Positions 9,235 through 18,777 of a stretch of 36,746 nucleotides of DNA are shown here, in pieces (the first letter of the stretch is position 1; each line of letters opens with the position of its first letter). Both the position numbers and the translations under genes were made by a program. The notes under the pieces are model-generated. The model saw nothing but the letters and a program-made list of their open reading frames with translations, searched no databases and was not told the origin of the DNA. This stretch comes from Nanobdellota archaeon (GTDB lineage Archaea; Nanobdellota; Nanobdellia; Pacearchaeales; GW2011-AR1). The stretch covers positions 1 through 36,746 of the forward strand of contig JBBSXD010000002.1 in the NCBI GenBank assembly GCA_038045965.1, given 5' to 3'.

Positions 9235-10089
9235 ATGAAAAAATTGGTGATAGGTTATCTCTATAACGGAAGAGGGCTTGGAGAAGATGAGATACTTTTT
9301 AGAAAAATAGCTAAAAAAAAAGATATTGATACTGTACTAATAAATACTTCTTTGGGTTATACTGATGATGAACTTAAGGAAGAAATAAAAAAATGTAATA
9401 TTATTTACAATTCTAGCGGAGATGACTTCGTAATAGAAACTGAGAAAACTATAGAAGAATTAGGAAAGAAAATTATAGAAAGTTCTAAATCCTATTATTA
9501 CGTTGAAGACAAATGGATGTTTTATCTTAAATGTAAAGAACATAAAATCAAAACTCCAGATACTATACTTTTAGCACAGGATATTACATATACCAAAAAA
9601 GAACTAAGAAATTTTAATAAATGGCCAGTTATAATAAAAAAAGTGAATGGTTGTATGGGGGAATTTGTAGAAAAAGCAGACAACATTAATGAAGCAGAAA
9701 AAATAATTAAAAAATTATGGAAAAAAAGTAACGAGAAAGATCCTTTAATTGCTCAAGAATTCATAAGATCCCCCAGCTACAGAGTTACTTTAATCGGAGG
9801 GAAAATAGTCCAAACAGCCATAAAAGAAAATATTGGCTGGAAAGCAACAGGAGTTTATGCAAAAAAAATAAAGAAATTTAATATTGATAAAAAAATAAAA
9901 TTGATTATAGACAAATTAAATAAATTTACAGATATTCAGATATGTGGTATAGATTTCTTGAGAAAAGATGGAGAATGGATAGCTTTAGAAGTTAATTCAG
10001 CTCCAGGATTAGATTTTTTTGAATCTGAAAGAAAAGAAATGATTGAAAAAGTAATTGAATTATTAGTAAAATTGGCAAAAAAAGATTAA
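9235..10089 (+). CDS. RimK/LysX-family ATP-grasp ligase
   Basis: DKW..Y, PVIIK..G..G, IAQEFI, GIDFL, LEVNSAPG. Confidence 0.85.
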   Translation: MKKLVIGYLYNGRGLGEDEILFRKIAKKKDIDTVLINTSLGYTDDELKEEIKKCNIIYNSSGDDFVIETEKTIEELGKKIIESSKSYYYVEDKWMFYLKCKEHKIKTPDTILLAQDITYTKKELRNFNKWPVIIKKVNGCMGEFVEKADNINEAEKIIKKLWKKSNEKDPLIAQEFIRSPSYRVTLIGGKIVQTAIKENIGWKATGVYAKKIKKFNIDKKIKLIIDKLNKFTDIQICGIDFLRKDGEWIALEVNSAPGLDFFESERKEMIEKVIELLVKLAKKD

Positions 10090-10832
10090 GATTTATAATG
10101 ATCTTCTAATTTTTTTATTTCATTAAGATTTATTTTTGAGATTATAAGTCCTTCCTTTCTAACTATTTTAGACAATATCTTAGTCGGAGAAGCAATTGCA
10201 GAATAAGAAATTTGATACTTAGAATCCATAACTGGATTGCACAAAGCTACAAAACAAACATTTTCAAAAGCTCTTACTCTAACTAAAGATTCTAAAATCT
10301 CTAATTCTCTTATTTCATGCTTTTCTTTATGAGCTATAGAATCATACCACCATTGTGAAGGACAAAAAATAATCTGAGCTCCTGCTTTTTTCATTTTATT
10401 AAATAATTCTGGGAAAGCTAAATCCCAGCATATAACAATTCCTATTTTTCCAAAATCAGTATTAAAAACTCTTATTTTTTTTCCAGGATTAACTTTATCT
10501 CCATATAAATGTATTTTCTCATAATCTCCTACTATCTTACCTTTTCTATTTATTAAAAGAGAAGTATTATATAACTTATCTTTTATTTTAATATCTTCAT
10601 TTATAATCGCCCAAATTTTATTATTTTTACATTCTTCTCTAATTTCATTTATCAATTTATGATTTTTATGAAAGATATAATTTTTATGCAGGCACGACTC
10701 CGGAAAACAAACTATATCAGCTCCCCTCTCTTTAGCCAATATTATATATTTTTTTATTTTCTCTATATTATTAACTGAAGAAATATCAAAATATTTAATC
10801 TGCGCTAAAGCAATCTTAACAAATTTTTTCAT
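10086..10832 (-). CDS. Carbon-nitrogen hydrolase (nitrilase superfamily)
   Basis: Glu-Lys-Cys triad: FPE, YEKIHL, ICWDLAFPE. Confidence 0.92.
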   Translation of the reverse strand: MKKFVKIALAQIKYFDISSVNNIEKIKKYIILAKERGADIVCFPESCLHKNYIFHKNHKLINEIREECKNNKIWAIINEDIKIKDKLYNTSLLINRKGKIVGDYEKIHLYGDKVNPGKKIRVFNTDFGKIGIVICWDLAFPELFNKMKKAGAQIIFCPSQWWYDSIAHKEKHEIRELEILESLVRVRAFENVCFVALCNPVMDSKYQISYSAIASPTKILSKIVRKEGLIISKINLNEIKKLEDHYKS

Positions 10833-10892
10833 TCCAATAAAAAATAATCCTATTTTATATATCTTTATCTTTAAATAAAATCAAAAATAAAA

Positions 10893-10982
10893 CTAAGATT
10901 TCATTCTAGCCCTTCTTACCTTCCTTCTTTGCGCTCTTTTGCTTCTCGCTCTAACCCTTCTCGTTGGTCTACTTCTTGGCAT
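10893..10982 (-). CDS. 29-aa Arg-rich microprotein (eL41/eS32-like or protamine-like)
   Basis: MPRSRPTRRVRARSKRAQRRKVRRARMKS; own AAAAATATTTAAA box about 25 nt upstream; GC-richer than flanks. Confidence 0.7.
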   Translation of the reverse strand: MPRSRPTRRVRARSKRAQRRKVRRARMKS

Positions 10983-11021
10983 AATAAACTAAAAAGATTT
11001 AGCTTTAAATATTTTTGCTAT

Positions 11022-11059
11022 AGTCAACGACATTAATTTTTCCTACTTTGTCGTTGACT
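11022..11059. repeat. Perfect 11-bp inverted repeat with 16-nt spacer
   Basis: AGTCAACGACA (11022-11032) / TGTCGTTGACT (11049-11059). Confidence 0.75.
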
Positions 11060-11061
11060 TA

Positions 11062-11177
11062 TTAGTGAAAAACATAAGTCTTTCATTATAGATTCTTAAT
11101 TTCTTTGTTTAGTTTTATTTTTTTAAGAGATTTTATTCTCTTATTTTCATAAATAAACTTGGATATGTTTTCACTAA
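11062..11177. repeat. 14-15-bp imperfect inverted repeats around an AT-rich core (possible MITE)
   Basis: TTAGTGAAAAACATA (11062-11076) / TATGTTTTCACTAA (11164-11177), one indel. Confidence 0.4.
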
Positions 11178-11204
11178 CAAAAACCTTGACATTCAGAAAA
11201 CAAA

Positions 11205-11264
11205 TTAACTTTTTAGAGAATCAAAATATTTCTTATCTGTTCTCCTTCTTGTTATTACTCTCAT
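11205..11264 (-). pseudogene. Truncated gene start resembling the N-terminus of Fic/MNT-fused 'KKYY' domains
   Basis: MRVITRRRTDKKYFDSLKS*; resembles the start of the MNT at 29015; has its own TATA box. Confidence 0.35.
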
Positions 11265-11272
11265 ATATCTTA

Positions 11273-11317
11273 TACACTTACAAAGTATTTAAATATCGTC
11301 TTTGAATAATAAGTGTA
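11273..11317 (-). promoter_or_regulatory. TATA box flanked by inverted repeats (operator-like)
   Basis: TACACTTA/TAAGTGTA and inner CAAAG/CTTTG surrounding TATTTAAATA. Confidence 0.5.
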
Positions 11318-11323
11318 AGGGTA

Positions 11324-11346
11324 CGCCAGCACCTATTCGCAATCTC
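11324..11346 (-). repeat. Degenerate copy of tRNA-Asp 3' end (att-like relic)
   Basis: Minus strand GAGATTGCGAATAGGTGCTGGCG vs tRNA GAGTTCGAATCTCGGTGCGGGCG; last 10 nt match 9/10. Confidence 0.45.
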
Positions 11347-11447
11347 ATTTAGTTATTAAATAAATATTTGGCTAATGAAAATTATTCAATTCGAACTCTT
11401 TCCTAGTTTGCATCTCTAACATAAATCTTTATGAAATCAATAAAGAG

Positions 11448-11519
11448 CGCCCGCACCGAGATTCGAACTCGGGTCGCAACCGTGACAGGGTTGAATGCTG
11501 ACCACTACACTATACGGGC
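11448..11519 (-). tRNA. tRNA-Asp(GTC)
   Basis: GCCCGTA/TGCGGGC acceptor, CAACC-CTGTCAC-GGTTG anticodon arm, CCGAG-TTCGAAT-CTCGG T arm, G73. Confidence 0.97.
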
Positions 11520-11592
11520 ATAAACTTATCTAATTATCTTTGTTTTTAAATTTTACTAAATAAATTTATTAACATAAAAAATCTGTATTAAT

Positions 11593-12567
11593 ATGACAAA
11601 AGAGGAAAATTCATCAACCATATTAAAAATAATTAATATTCTAATAATAATCTTCCTTATATCTTTAATTTTAATTCTATCTTATTATATTTACATAAAT
11701 TTCCCAAGAGAGCCTGAATTATTAAAAATAATAAATAATCCTTCATTTGAACCAGTTATAAATTCTGAAGTAAAACAATTCTATCCAAATATGAAATTTA
11801 ATCATAATAAAATAAGCTATTTTATAGATATAAGTTGCGATGAAGAAAGAAAATCAAAAATGGGAAAAGCATTTGTAGAATTAAGTAAAAAAGTTTCCGA
11901 AATAACTTTCTATTCTAATGAGTTAAATCCAGATATAGAAATAACTTGTTCTAAAAATAATGAAGTTAATATAGACAAAAAGCATTTTGTAGCAGGAGAA
12001 GGTGGTGCAAAAGAAATAATTCAAACTGGAAATTATAATGTTATAACAAAAGGAATAATTTTATTATATGAAAATACAAAAATCAGATCAAAAAATTGTG
12101 ATTATCCAAATATAGAATTACATGAATTGCTTCATGTTTTAGGATTTGATCATTCTGAAAGCAAAAAAAGTATAATGTATACATACATAGAATCTTGTGA
12201 TCAAGTCTTAGATAATTCCATAATAAATCAATTAAAAGAATTATATTCAAAAGAAAATCTTCCAGATTTATACTTTGAAAATATAGAAGTTACAAAAAAA
12301 GGAATATACTTAGATTTTATTTTAACAACGAAAAATTCAGGTTCAATAAAAGCAGACAATATTATATTAACTATAATGGATGACGATATAATAATTCACG
12401 AAAAAAATTTAGGGGATTTTGATTTTGGAGCAGGAATAACTCTAAAAACAAAAGATTTAAAATTAGAAAGATTAAATCCAGATAAAATAAATTTTATCTT
12501 AGATAAAGAAAATAAAATAAATGAATTAAATGAAGAAAATAATATTATAGAAATAAAATTAGATTAA
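11593..12567 (+). CDS. Membrane-anchored matrixin (M10-like) metalloprotease with C-terminal CARDB/Ig-like domain
   Basis: HELLHVLGFDH, Met-turn SIMY, PDLY...N.G...D.ENKINELNEENN. Confidence 0.88.
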   Translation: MTKEENSSTILKIINILIIIFLISLILILSYYIYINFPREPELLKIINNPSFEPVINSEVKQFYPNMKFNHNKISYFIDISCDEERKSKMGKAFVELSKKVSEITFYSNELNPDIEITCSKNNEVNIDKKHFVAGEGGAKEIIQTGNYNVITKGIILLYENTKIRSKNCDYPNIELHELLHVLGFDHSESKKSIMYTYIESCDQVLDNSIINQLKELYSKENLPDLYFENIEVTKKGIYLDFILTTKNSGSIKADNIILTIMDDDIIIHEKNLGDFDFGAGITLKTKDLKLERLNPDKINFILDKENKINELNEENNIIEIKLD

Positions 12568-12644
12568 TCTTCTTCTCCATCTAAGTCAAACTCTTCTACA
12601 GTCTCTTCTAACTCATTATCTTCTTCAAGATCATCATTGTCCAT
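12564..12644 (-). CDS. 26-aa extremely acidic microprotein
   Basis: MDNDDLEEDNELEETVEEFDLDGEED; own AAAGTTTTTAAA BRE/TATA about 25 nt upstream; stop overlaps matrixin stop. Confidence 0.6.
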   Translation of the reverse strand: MDNDDLEEDNELEETVEEFDLDGEED

Positions 12645-12728
12645 TTTTGAGAATAATAAAAACCCTTTAAAAACTTTACTAAAATCTATTTTTACTCCAT
12701 GGTAAAAACATTTAGAAGAAATCTTACT

Positions 12729-13001
12729 CTAAACTTTTAATCTCTTAAAAGTATTTTCCAAAATATCTGTTCCAGCATAACCTGCTAATCCCGATACTTT
12801 ATAATCAGGACCAAAAATAATCCCCACAAAAATACCAATGATAATTGCAATAAAGATAGTAATTAAATAATAACCTAAAATAAATTTTTTATTTTTATTC
12901 CTGTTAAAAGATTTCCAAACTCCAAAAGTTCCTCTTATAAGCCCTCCAATACCTCCAATTAAACCAGGAAAAATAACTAAACTAAACAAATCAAAAACCA
13001 T
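12729..13001 (-). CDS. Small Gly-rich membrane protein
   Basis: Two to three hydrophobic segments, GLAGYAGTDILE. Confidence 0.75.
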   Translation of the reverse strand: MVFDLFSLVIFPGLIGGIGGLIRGTFGVWKSFNRNKNKKFILGYYLITIFIAIIIGIFVGIIFGPDYKVSGLAGYAGTDILENTFKRLKV

Positions 13002-13050
13002 CTTCTAAATAGATAATAATTTTCTCTATTTAAATATTCTCACAAAAATT

Positions 13051-14655
13051 TTACTCCATTCCGCCATAAGCCATAGGACCTTTGCCACCATGGCCATTTT
13101 TACTTTTACTCGCTAAAACATCATCTATTCTTAAAATCATCACAGCCACTTCAGTACTGCTACTAATAGCTTGAGTTTTAATTTTCAACGGTTCAATTAT
13201 TCCAGCTTTTAAAGCATCTTCAATTTTATTATTAAGAATATTAATCCCTGCATTAACTTCTCCACTATCATGTCTAGATTTTAATTCAGTTAAAATATCT
13301 ATAGGATCTAAACCTGCATTTTCAGCAAGAGTCAAAGGAATATATTCTAATGCTTCTGCAAATTCTTTAACAGCTAATTGTTCTCTTCCATTTAAACTAT
13401 CTGCAAATTGTTTCAATCTTTTACTTAATTCCATTTCAATAGCTCCTGCTCCAGCTACAATTTTCCCATCTCTAACAACACTAGCTACATCTCCTAATCC
13501 ATCTTTCAACGCTCTCTCCATTTCATCCATAACATGTTCACTTCCTCCATGAATAAGAATAGTCAAAGCTTTTGGATCAGAACATCCACTAACATAAGTC
13601 ATTTTATCATTTCCATGACTATATTCCTCAACAATTTCTGCACTTCCTAAATCATTTATGCTAAGTTCATTCAGATTACTAACTATCTTAGCCCCAGTTG
13701 CTCTAGCCAAATTTTCAATATCAGACCTTGCAACTCTTCTGCAAGCATAAATTCCTTCATTGGCTAAATAATATTGGATAATATCATCAATTCCTTTTTG
13801 ACAAAAAATAACATTTGCTCCACTAACTTTAATCATCTCAACCATTTCTTTTAAAATTCTTTCTTCTCTATCAACAAATTCCTGAAGTTGCAAAGAATTG
13901 CTAACAGAAATTTTAGTCTCATTTGGATTTTTAACTTCAAGAGCTTCAGAATAAATTAAAATTTTTGGATTCTTAACTTTACTAGGCATATCAATACTAA
14001 CCCTATCTTTATCAATAATAAGTCCTTTAATTAATTCTGTATCTTCAACTCCATTACTTTTATTTTTTATAATTTTGATATTATTCAAATCCACTTTTCC
14101 CTTTTCTTGAATCTGTTTTATAGAACTTACAATGATATCCGAAAAATTATCTCTAAAATTTTCAGCTCCTTTTCCAGTCATTGCAGTTTTAACTACACTT
14201 TTTAATATTTCTTCATTATCTTTAAAATCATAACATAATTCTTTCAAAAATTCTTTAGATTTTTCAGCAGCTATATTATATCCTTTTGCTATAACAGTTG
14301 GATGTATTTTCATATCTAATAATTTCTCAGAATTTTCCAATAATCTTCCAGCAAGCATAACCGCCGTTGTTGTTCCATCTCCAACTTCAGCTTCTTGAGT
14401 TTTAGAAATCTCCACCATCATTTTAGCAGCAGGATGTTCTATATCCATTTTATCCAAAATAGTAACTCCATCATTAGTAATAGTAACATCTCCAACTCCG
14501 TCAACTAACATTTTATCCATTCCCTTAGGGCCTAAGGTAGTCTTAATCGCATCACTAACTAATTTCGCAGCAAGAATATTATTCCTTTGAGCATCTTTTC
14601 CAATAATTCTTTCAGTACCTTCTGGTAAAATATATATTGGCTGTTTTTCTACCAT
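13051..14655 (-). CDS. thsA: Thermosome (group II chaperonin) subunit
   Basis: [35 protein letters not shown]. Confidence 0.96.
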   Translation of the reverse strand: MVEKQPIYILPEGTERIIGKDAQRNNILAAKLVSDAIKTTLGPKGMDKMLVDGVGDVTITNDGVTILDKMDIEHPAAKMMVEISKTQEAEVGDGTTTAVMLAGRLLENSEKLLDMKIHPTVIAKGYNIAAEKSKEFLKELCYDFKDNEEILKSVVKTAMTGKGAENFRDNFSDIIVSSIKQIQEKGKVDLNNIKIIKNKSNGVEDTELIKGLIIDKDRVSIDMPSKVKNPKILIYSEALEVKNPNETKISVSNSLQLQEFVDREERILKEMVEMIKVSGANVIFCQKGIDDIIQYYLANEGIYACRRVARSDIENLARATGAKIVSNLNELSINDLGSAEIVEEYSHGNDKMTYVSGCSDPKALTILIHGGSEHVMDEMERALKDGLGDVASVVRDGKIVAGAGAIEMELSKRLKQFADSLNGREQLAVKEFAEALEYIPLTLAENAGLDPIDILTELKSRHDSGEVNAGINILNNKIEDALKAGIIEPLKIKTQAISSSTEVAVMILRIDDVLASKSKNGHGGKGPMAYGGME

Positions 14656-14789
14656 ATTAAGAAAATATATCTCTATTTTTTAAAGATTTTCTATAAACAA
14701 TATATATACTGTAAGATATAGTTCATAAAAAGATACTATTTAGAAAAATAAATACTCTTTTAAACTTTCATTATTATATATAATAAAAG

Positions 14790-15290
14790 ATGGCAATTAA
14801 AGATAAAGTTTTCAAAGGTAAAATAAAACAAAATGCCAATTTTAATTTTAAAGGTATTTATGAATTTGTATATGATTACTTAAATGATGAAGGATGGGCT
14901 CTTCATGAGACTCTTTATAGAGAGAAATCTCAAGAAACTAAAGAATTAATTATAATCTGGAAAGGTACAAAAAATATTTCAGACTATTTTAAATTTGAGA
15001 TAGGACTAACTTTTCTCATAATCGGAATGAAAGATGTAAAAGTAACTATAGACGGAAACGAAGTTAAAATGCAAAATGGTTCTATAGAAATAGTTTTTGA
15101 TGCCGCTTTAGTAAAGGATTATAAAAATAAATGGGACAGCAGTTTCATGAAATTTTTCAGAGAAATATATGACAATTATATAATAAGAAATAGAATAGAA
15201 GATTACGAAGTAAAACTTTACGAAGAAATAAATGAGATAATAGCTACAATAAAATCTTATTTAGCAATAGAATCACAACACTCGTATTAA
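14790..15290 (+). CDS. Conserved-looking hypothetical protein, paralog 1
   Basis: Colinear similarity to the next ORF (FNFK..Y.F.YDYL.DE, SDYFKFEI, GSIEI.F.A.L.KDY, YD.YIIR.RI..YEVK). Confidence 0.85.
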   Translation: MAIKDKVFKGKIKQNANFNFKGIYEFVYDYLNDEGWALHETLYREKSQETKELIIIWKGTKNISDYFKFEIGLTFLIIGMKDVKVTIDGNEVKMQNGSIEIVFDAALVKDYKNKWDSSFMKFFREIYDNYIIRNRIEDYEVKLYEEINEIIATIKSYLAIESQHSY

Positions 15291-15326
15291 TGATAAATTT
15301 ATATATTATCCTAAATATATGATAGA

Positions 15327-15836
15327 ATGTCAGAAAAAGATTCCATATATAAGGGAAAGATAATCCAAAAAGGAATTTTTAACTTTAAAGATGTCTATGG
15401 ATTTTTATACGATTATTTAGTAGATGAAAATTACGATGTAACAGAAACTAAATATGTAGAAAAATTAGAAGGAAATACCAAAAATTTGGAAATTATATGG
15501 AATGCTACAAAAGAAGTCTCAGATTATTTCAAATTTGAGATAACAGCTACTTGGGCAGTTTTAGGTTTAAAAAAAGTAAAAGTAAAAAAAGACGATCAAG
15601 AAATAGTTATGGATTCTGGTTCTATAGAAATAAAATTTACTGCATCATTAATAAAAGATTATGAAAGTAGATGGGAAAATAATTCAGTGCTAAAATTTAT
15701 GAGAGGTATGTATGATAGATATATTATAAGATCAAGAATAGACTCTTATGAAGTGAAAATTTGGGGAGAAGTAAATGAAATAACAACTCAAACAAAATCA
15801 TTTTTAGCTATAGAAGGACAACACAAATCTAAATAA
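15327..15836 (+). CDS. Conserved-looking hypothetical protein, paralog 2
   Basis: Tandem paralog of 14790..15290 with its own TTTATATA box. Confidence 0.85.
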   Translation: MSEKDSIYKGKIIQKGIFNFKDVYGFLYDYLVDENYDVTETKYVEKLEGNTKNLEIIWNATKEVSDYFKFEITATWAVLGLKKVKVKKDDQEIVMDSGSIEIKFTASLIKDYESRWENNSVLKFMRGMYDRYIIRSRIDSYEVKIWGEVNEITTQTKSFLAIEGQHKSK

Positions 15837-16773
15837 TAGTTACAACATTAAAATTTAGATTATTAAAAATATTTTTTAAATAATTGATCCTATCTGGAAC
15901 AGTTATAGCCACTTTAGGATACAAAAATCTTGAATCTTCTTTATAAAATCTAGCGATTATATCATGTCTATATCTTACAGTTTCAAAATCAATCGCATTT
16001 GGGAAAACAGAAGAAAAATATTTATCGCTATGATTATAATAACCACAATCTTCAACAGGAAAATGTAAAAAATAATGTTCTAATGAATCACCTATTATTC
16101 CACATTTTTTCAAGAGTTCTATCATGCCTCCTGGAAAAGGAAACTTATAAGACAAACTATTCTCATTAACAAACAAATAAATATTAGTTCTCTCATCTAA
16201 ATTTTTTTTTACAAAATTTTGAATAAATTTTAAACTAAAATCAAGAATACTATCATAATCATTCTTATCAAGGAAAATATTATCATTCAAACAATCCTCT
16301 AAATTATATTTTATCAAAAAAGAATCTTTAATACCCTTACTTACAATCTCTCTATCTACCATTAGTTCTCTATATTCTTTTTCAAGTTTTTCATTTCTTT
16401 CAGACATTATTCTTTTAATACCTTTTTCCCAATTATCAATAAACTCATAACTACAACATAAGGCCTCATCCATAACTGTCCTAATAGCTCTCCGTCTTGA
16501 ATAATGTCCATTATAAGATTTTCCTTTAATCTTAGATAAATTCTCATTTAACTCTTTTAAAATAACTGATTTAAATCTTGATAACCCATAATTAAAAATC
16601 TTTCTTAAAATACTTAAATTAAAATAATTATGTTCAGAATTTTCCTCTAAATTAATAAAAGAGTCACAACGTAAATTTATTTCTTCAGATCTAGATCTTC
16701 TTATGCTTTCATTGATTATTTCATCTAATCTCAAACCATAACCTCTTCTTTGTCTATGAAATAAATTATCCAT
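15829..16773 (-). CDS. Hypothetical protein
   Basis: 314-aa ORF with upstream TATA; no recognised motif. Confidence 0.7.
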   Translation of the reverse strand: MDNLFHRQRRGYGLRLDEIINESIRRSRSEEINLRCDSFINLEENSEHNYFNLSILRKIFNYGLSRFKSVILKELNENLSKIKGKSYNGHYSRRRAIRTVMDEALCCSYEFIDNWEKGIKRIMSERNEKLEKEYRELMVDREIVSKGIKDSFLIKYNLEDCLNDNIFLDKNDYDSILDFSLKFIQNFVKKNLDERTNIYLFVNENSLSYKFPFPGGMIELLKKCGIIGDSLEHYFLHFPVEDCGYYNHSDKYFSSVFPNAIDFETVRYRHDIIARFYKEDSRFLYPKVAITVPDRINYLKNIFNNLNFNVVTII

Positions 16774-16885
16774 AGATAGAATAAAATAAAAATTAATTTA
16801 AATATATTTCTATAATTTTAAAATTTAAGAATAAATCTTATATTAATACACAAATATTTAAATACAATTTAATATAATATCCTTA

Positions 16886-18259
16886 ATGAAAAAAAGTGTA
16901 TTGCAATTTTTAGTAGCATTAATTTTTCTTAATATAACTCTTATCTCTGCAATAAATCTTGAAGTATCTTCAAAACCTATATCTAATAGTTTTGTTGTAG
17001 AGCTAAATGATCCAGTAATATTTGATTTGATAATAAAAAACCTCGGAGAAAAAGATAGTTTTGATATATATTCTCTAGTTGGGATTAATATAACTTATGA
17101 TCCTTTCACAATAGGTAAAGAAGAAACAGAAATAATTAGAATATATTTAACACCCCAAGATTTTTTAAAATCGAACCCTAAACCATATACTTTTGAGTAT
17201 AAAATAAAAAATTCTAAAAAAGAAATTCAATCGGATACTTTAACTATTAATATTTTAAAATTAGATTCAGTTTTTTCAGTTGATACAGAACCAATAAATC
17301 CTAAATCTGACAAAATAATAATAAACATAAGAAACAATATAATGAAAGAATTTAAAGATATAAATTTTAAGTTTAATTCAGAATTTTTTAAATATGAAGA
17401 AAAAATATCATTAAATCCAAACGAGAAAAAATATATAATAGTATCTATAGATAAAGAGAAATTAAAAACATACGCAGCTGGAGATTATTTAATGAATTCT
17501 CAAATTTCATTAGAGGGGCATGTTACAAATATAAAATCCAGAATAAGATTTTTAGAAACAGAAGAAATAGAAGTATCTGAAAATAAAGAAGGAATATTAA
17601 TTCAAAAAACTGAGATAATAAAAAAAAATACGGGTAACACAAAACAACTTGTTTCTATAAATAAAAAAAATAATTTTATTGCTTATCTTTTTACGATAAC
17701 TAATATACCTCCGACAAAAACAGAAAAAGAAGGATTCTATAATCAATATATATGGGAAAAAGTTTTAAATCCAGATGAAGAGTTAAAGGTAATTACAAGA
17801 ACAAACTGGCTATTTCCAATATTAATAATTATTATAATAATTATTGGTATTGTTATTATTAAAAAATATTTATATGATAATTTAGAGCTAACAAAAAAAG
17901 TTTCTTTTGTGAAAACAAAAGGTGGAGAATTTGCACTAAAAGTATCTATAAAAATAAAAGCAAAAAAAACACTGCAGAATATAAGAATAATTGATAGACT
18001 GCCTGCATTAGTTAAATTATATGATAAATTTGGAATAATAACTCCTGATAAAATTGACTTACAATCAAGAAAAATTTATTGGAATATAAATAGATTAAAT
18101 AAAAATGAGACTAGAATATTCACTTATATAATTTATAGTAAAGTTGGCTTATTCGGAAGATTAGAATTACCTGAAACAAAAGCAATTTATGAAGACGAAG
18201 GAGAAACTAAAGAAACATCTTCAAATAAAAGTTTTTATGTAAGAGATAATCAAGAATAA
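16886..18259 (+). CDS. Single-pass membrane protein with Ig-like beta domains on both sides of the TM helix
   Basis: Signal peptide, beta-rich ectodomain, WLFPILIIIIIIIGIVII TM, C-terminal IIDRLP..V / WNI..L...E.RIFTY pattern. Confidence 0.75.
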   Translation: MKKSVLQFLVALIFLNITLISAINLEVSSKPISNSFVVELNDPVIFDLIIKNLGEKDSFDIYSLVGINITYDPFTIGKEETEIIRIYLTPQDFLKSNPKPYTFEYKIKNSKKEIQSDTLTINILKLDSVFSVDTEPINPKSDKIIINIRNNIMKEFKDINFKFNSEFFKYEEKISLNPNEKKYIIVSIDKEKLKTYAAGDYLMNSQISLEGHVTNIKSRIRFLETEEIEVSENKEGILIQKTEIIKKNTGNTKQLVSINKKNNFIAYLFTITNIPPTKTEKEGFYNQYIWEKVLNPDEELKVITRTNWLFPILIIIIIIIGIVIIKKYLYDNLELTKKVSFVKTKGGEFALKVSIKIKAKKTLQNIRIIDRLPALVKLYDKFGIITPDKIDLQSRKIYWNINRLNKNETRIFTYIIYSKVGLFGRLELPETKAIYEDEGETKETSSNKSFYVRDNQE

Positions 18260-18266
18260 TAAAAAA

Positions 18267-18725
18267 CTATAAATCTCTAATGAATTTCAAAACTTCTTGA
18301 GCATGATCCTTTGCTTTAACATTTTCATAAATTTTTATTACATTTTTATTTTTATCTAAAACATATGTATTTCTAAAAATGCCATTAAACTTTCTTCCCA
18401 TAAAAATCTTCTCTCCATAAGAATTATATTTTTTACAAATACTAAAGTCTGGATCTGATAATAAAATAATTCTCAGATTATATTTCTCACAAAAATTTCT
18501 TTTACTCTTCTCATCTCCTCCAGAGATACCAATTATAACTGTATTTAATTCTCTAAATTTTTCAACAAAATTACTAAATTCATTTGCTTCTATGCTACAT
18601 CCTGGAGTATTATCTTTAGGATAAAAATAAATAATAGTATAATCACTTTTTATATTGATAAGTCTAATATTTTTTCCATCTTTATCTTTTAATTCAAAAT
18701 CTACAGCTTTCATTCCTTCTTTCAT
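18267..18725 (-). CDS. bcp: Peroxiredoxin, BCP/PrxQ family
   Basis: YFYPKDNTPGC, LLSDPD, RNTYVLD. Confidence 0.93.
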   Translation of the reverse strand: MKEGMKAVDFELKDKDGKNIRLINIKSDYTIIYFYPKDNTPGCSIEANEFSNFVEKFRELNTVIIGISGGDEKSKRNFCEKYNLRIILLSDPDFSICKKYNSYGEKIFMGRKFNGIFRNTYVLDKNKNVIKIYENVKAKDHAQEVLKFIRDL

Positions 18726-18777
18726 TTTAATCTACAAATACTTATTAAAATATAAACTATATTAATAAATTATTCTA

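Noticed and set aside
12729-13001. Holin or provirus marker
   Set aside because: Resemblance is only superficial and there are no viral genes nearby
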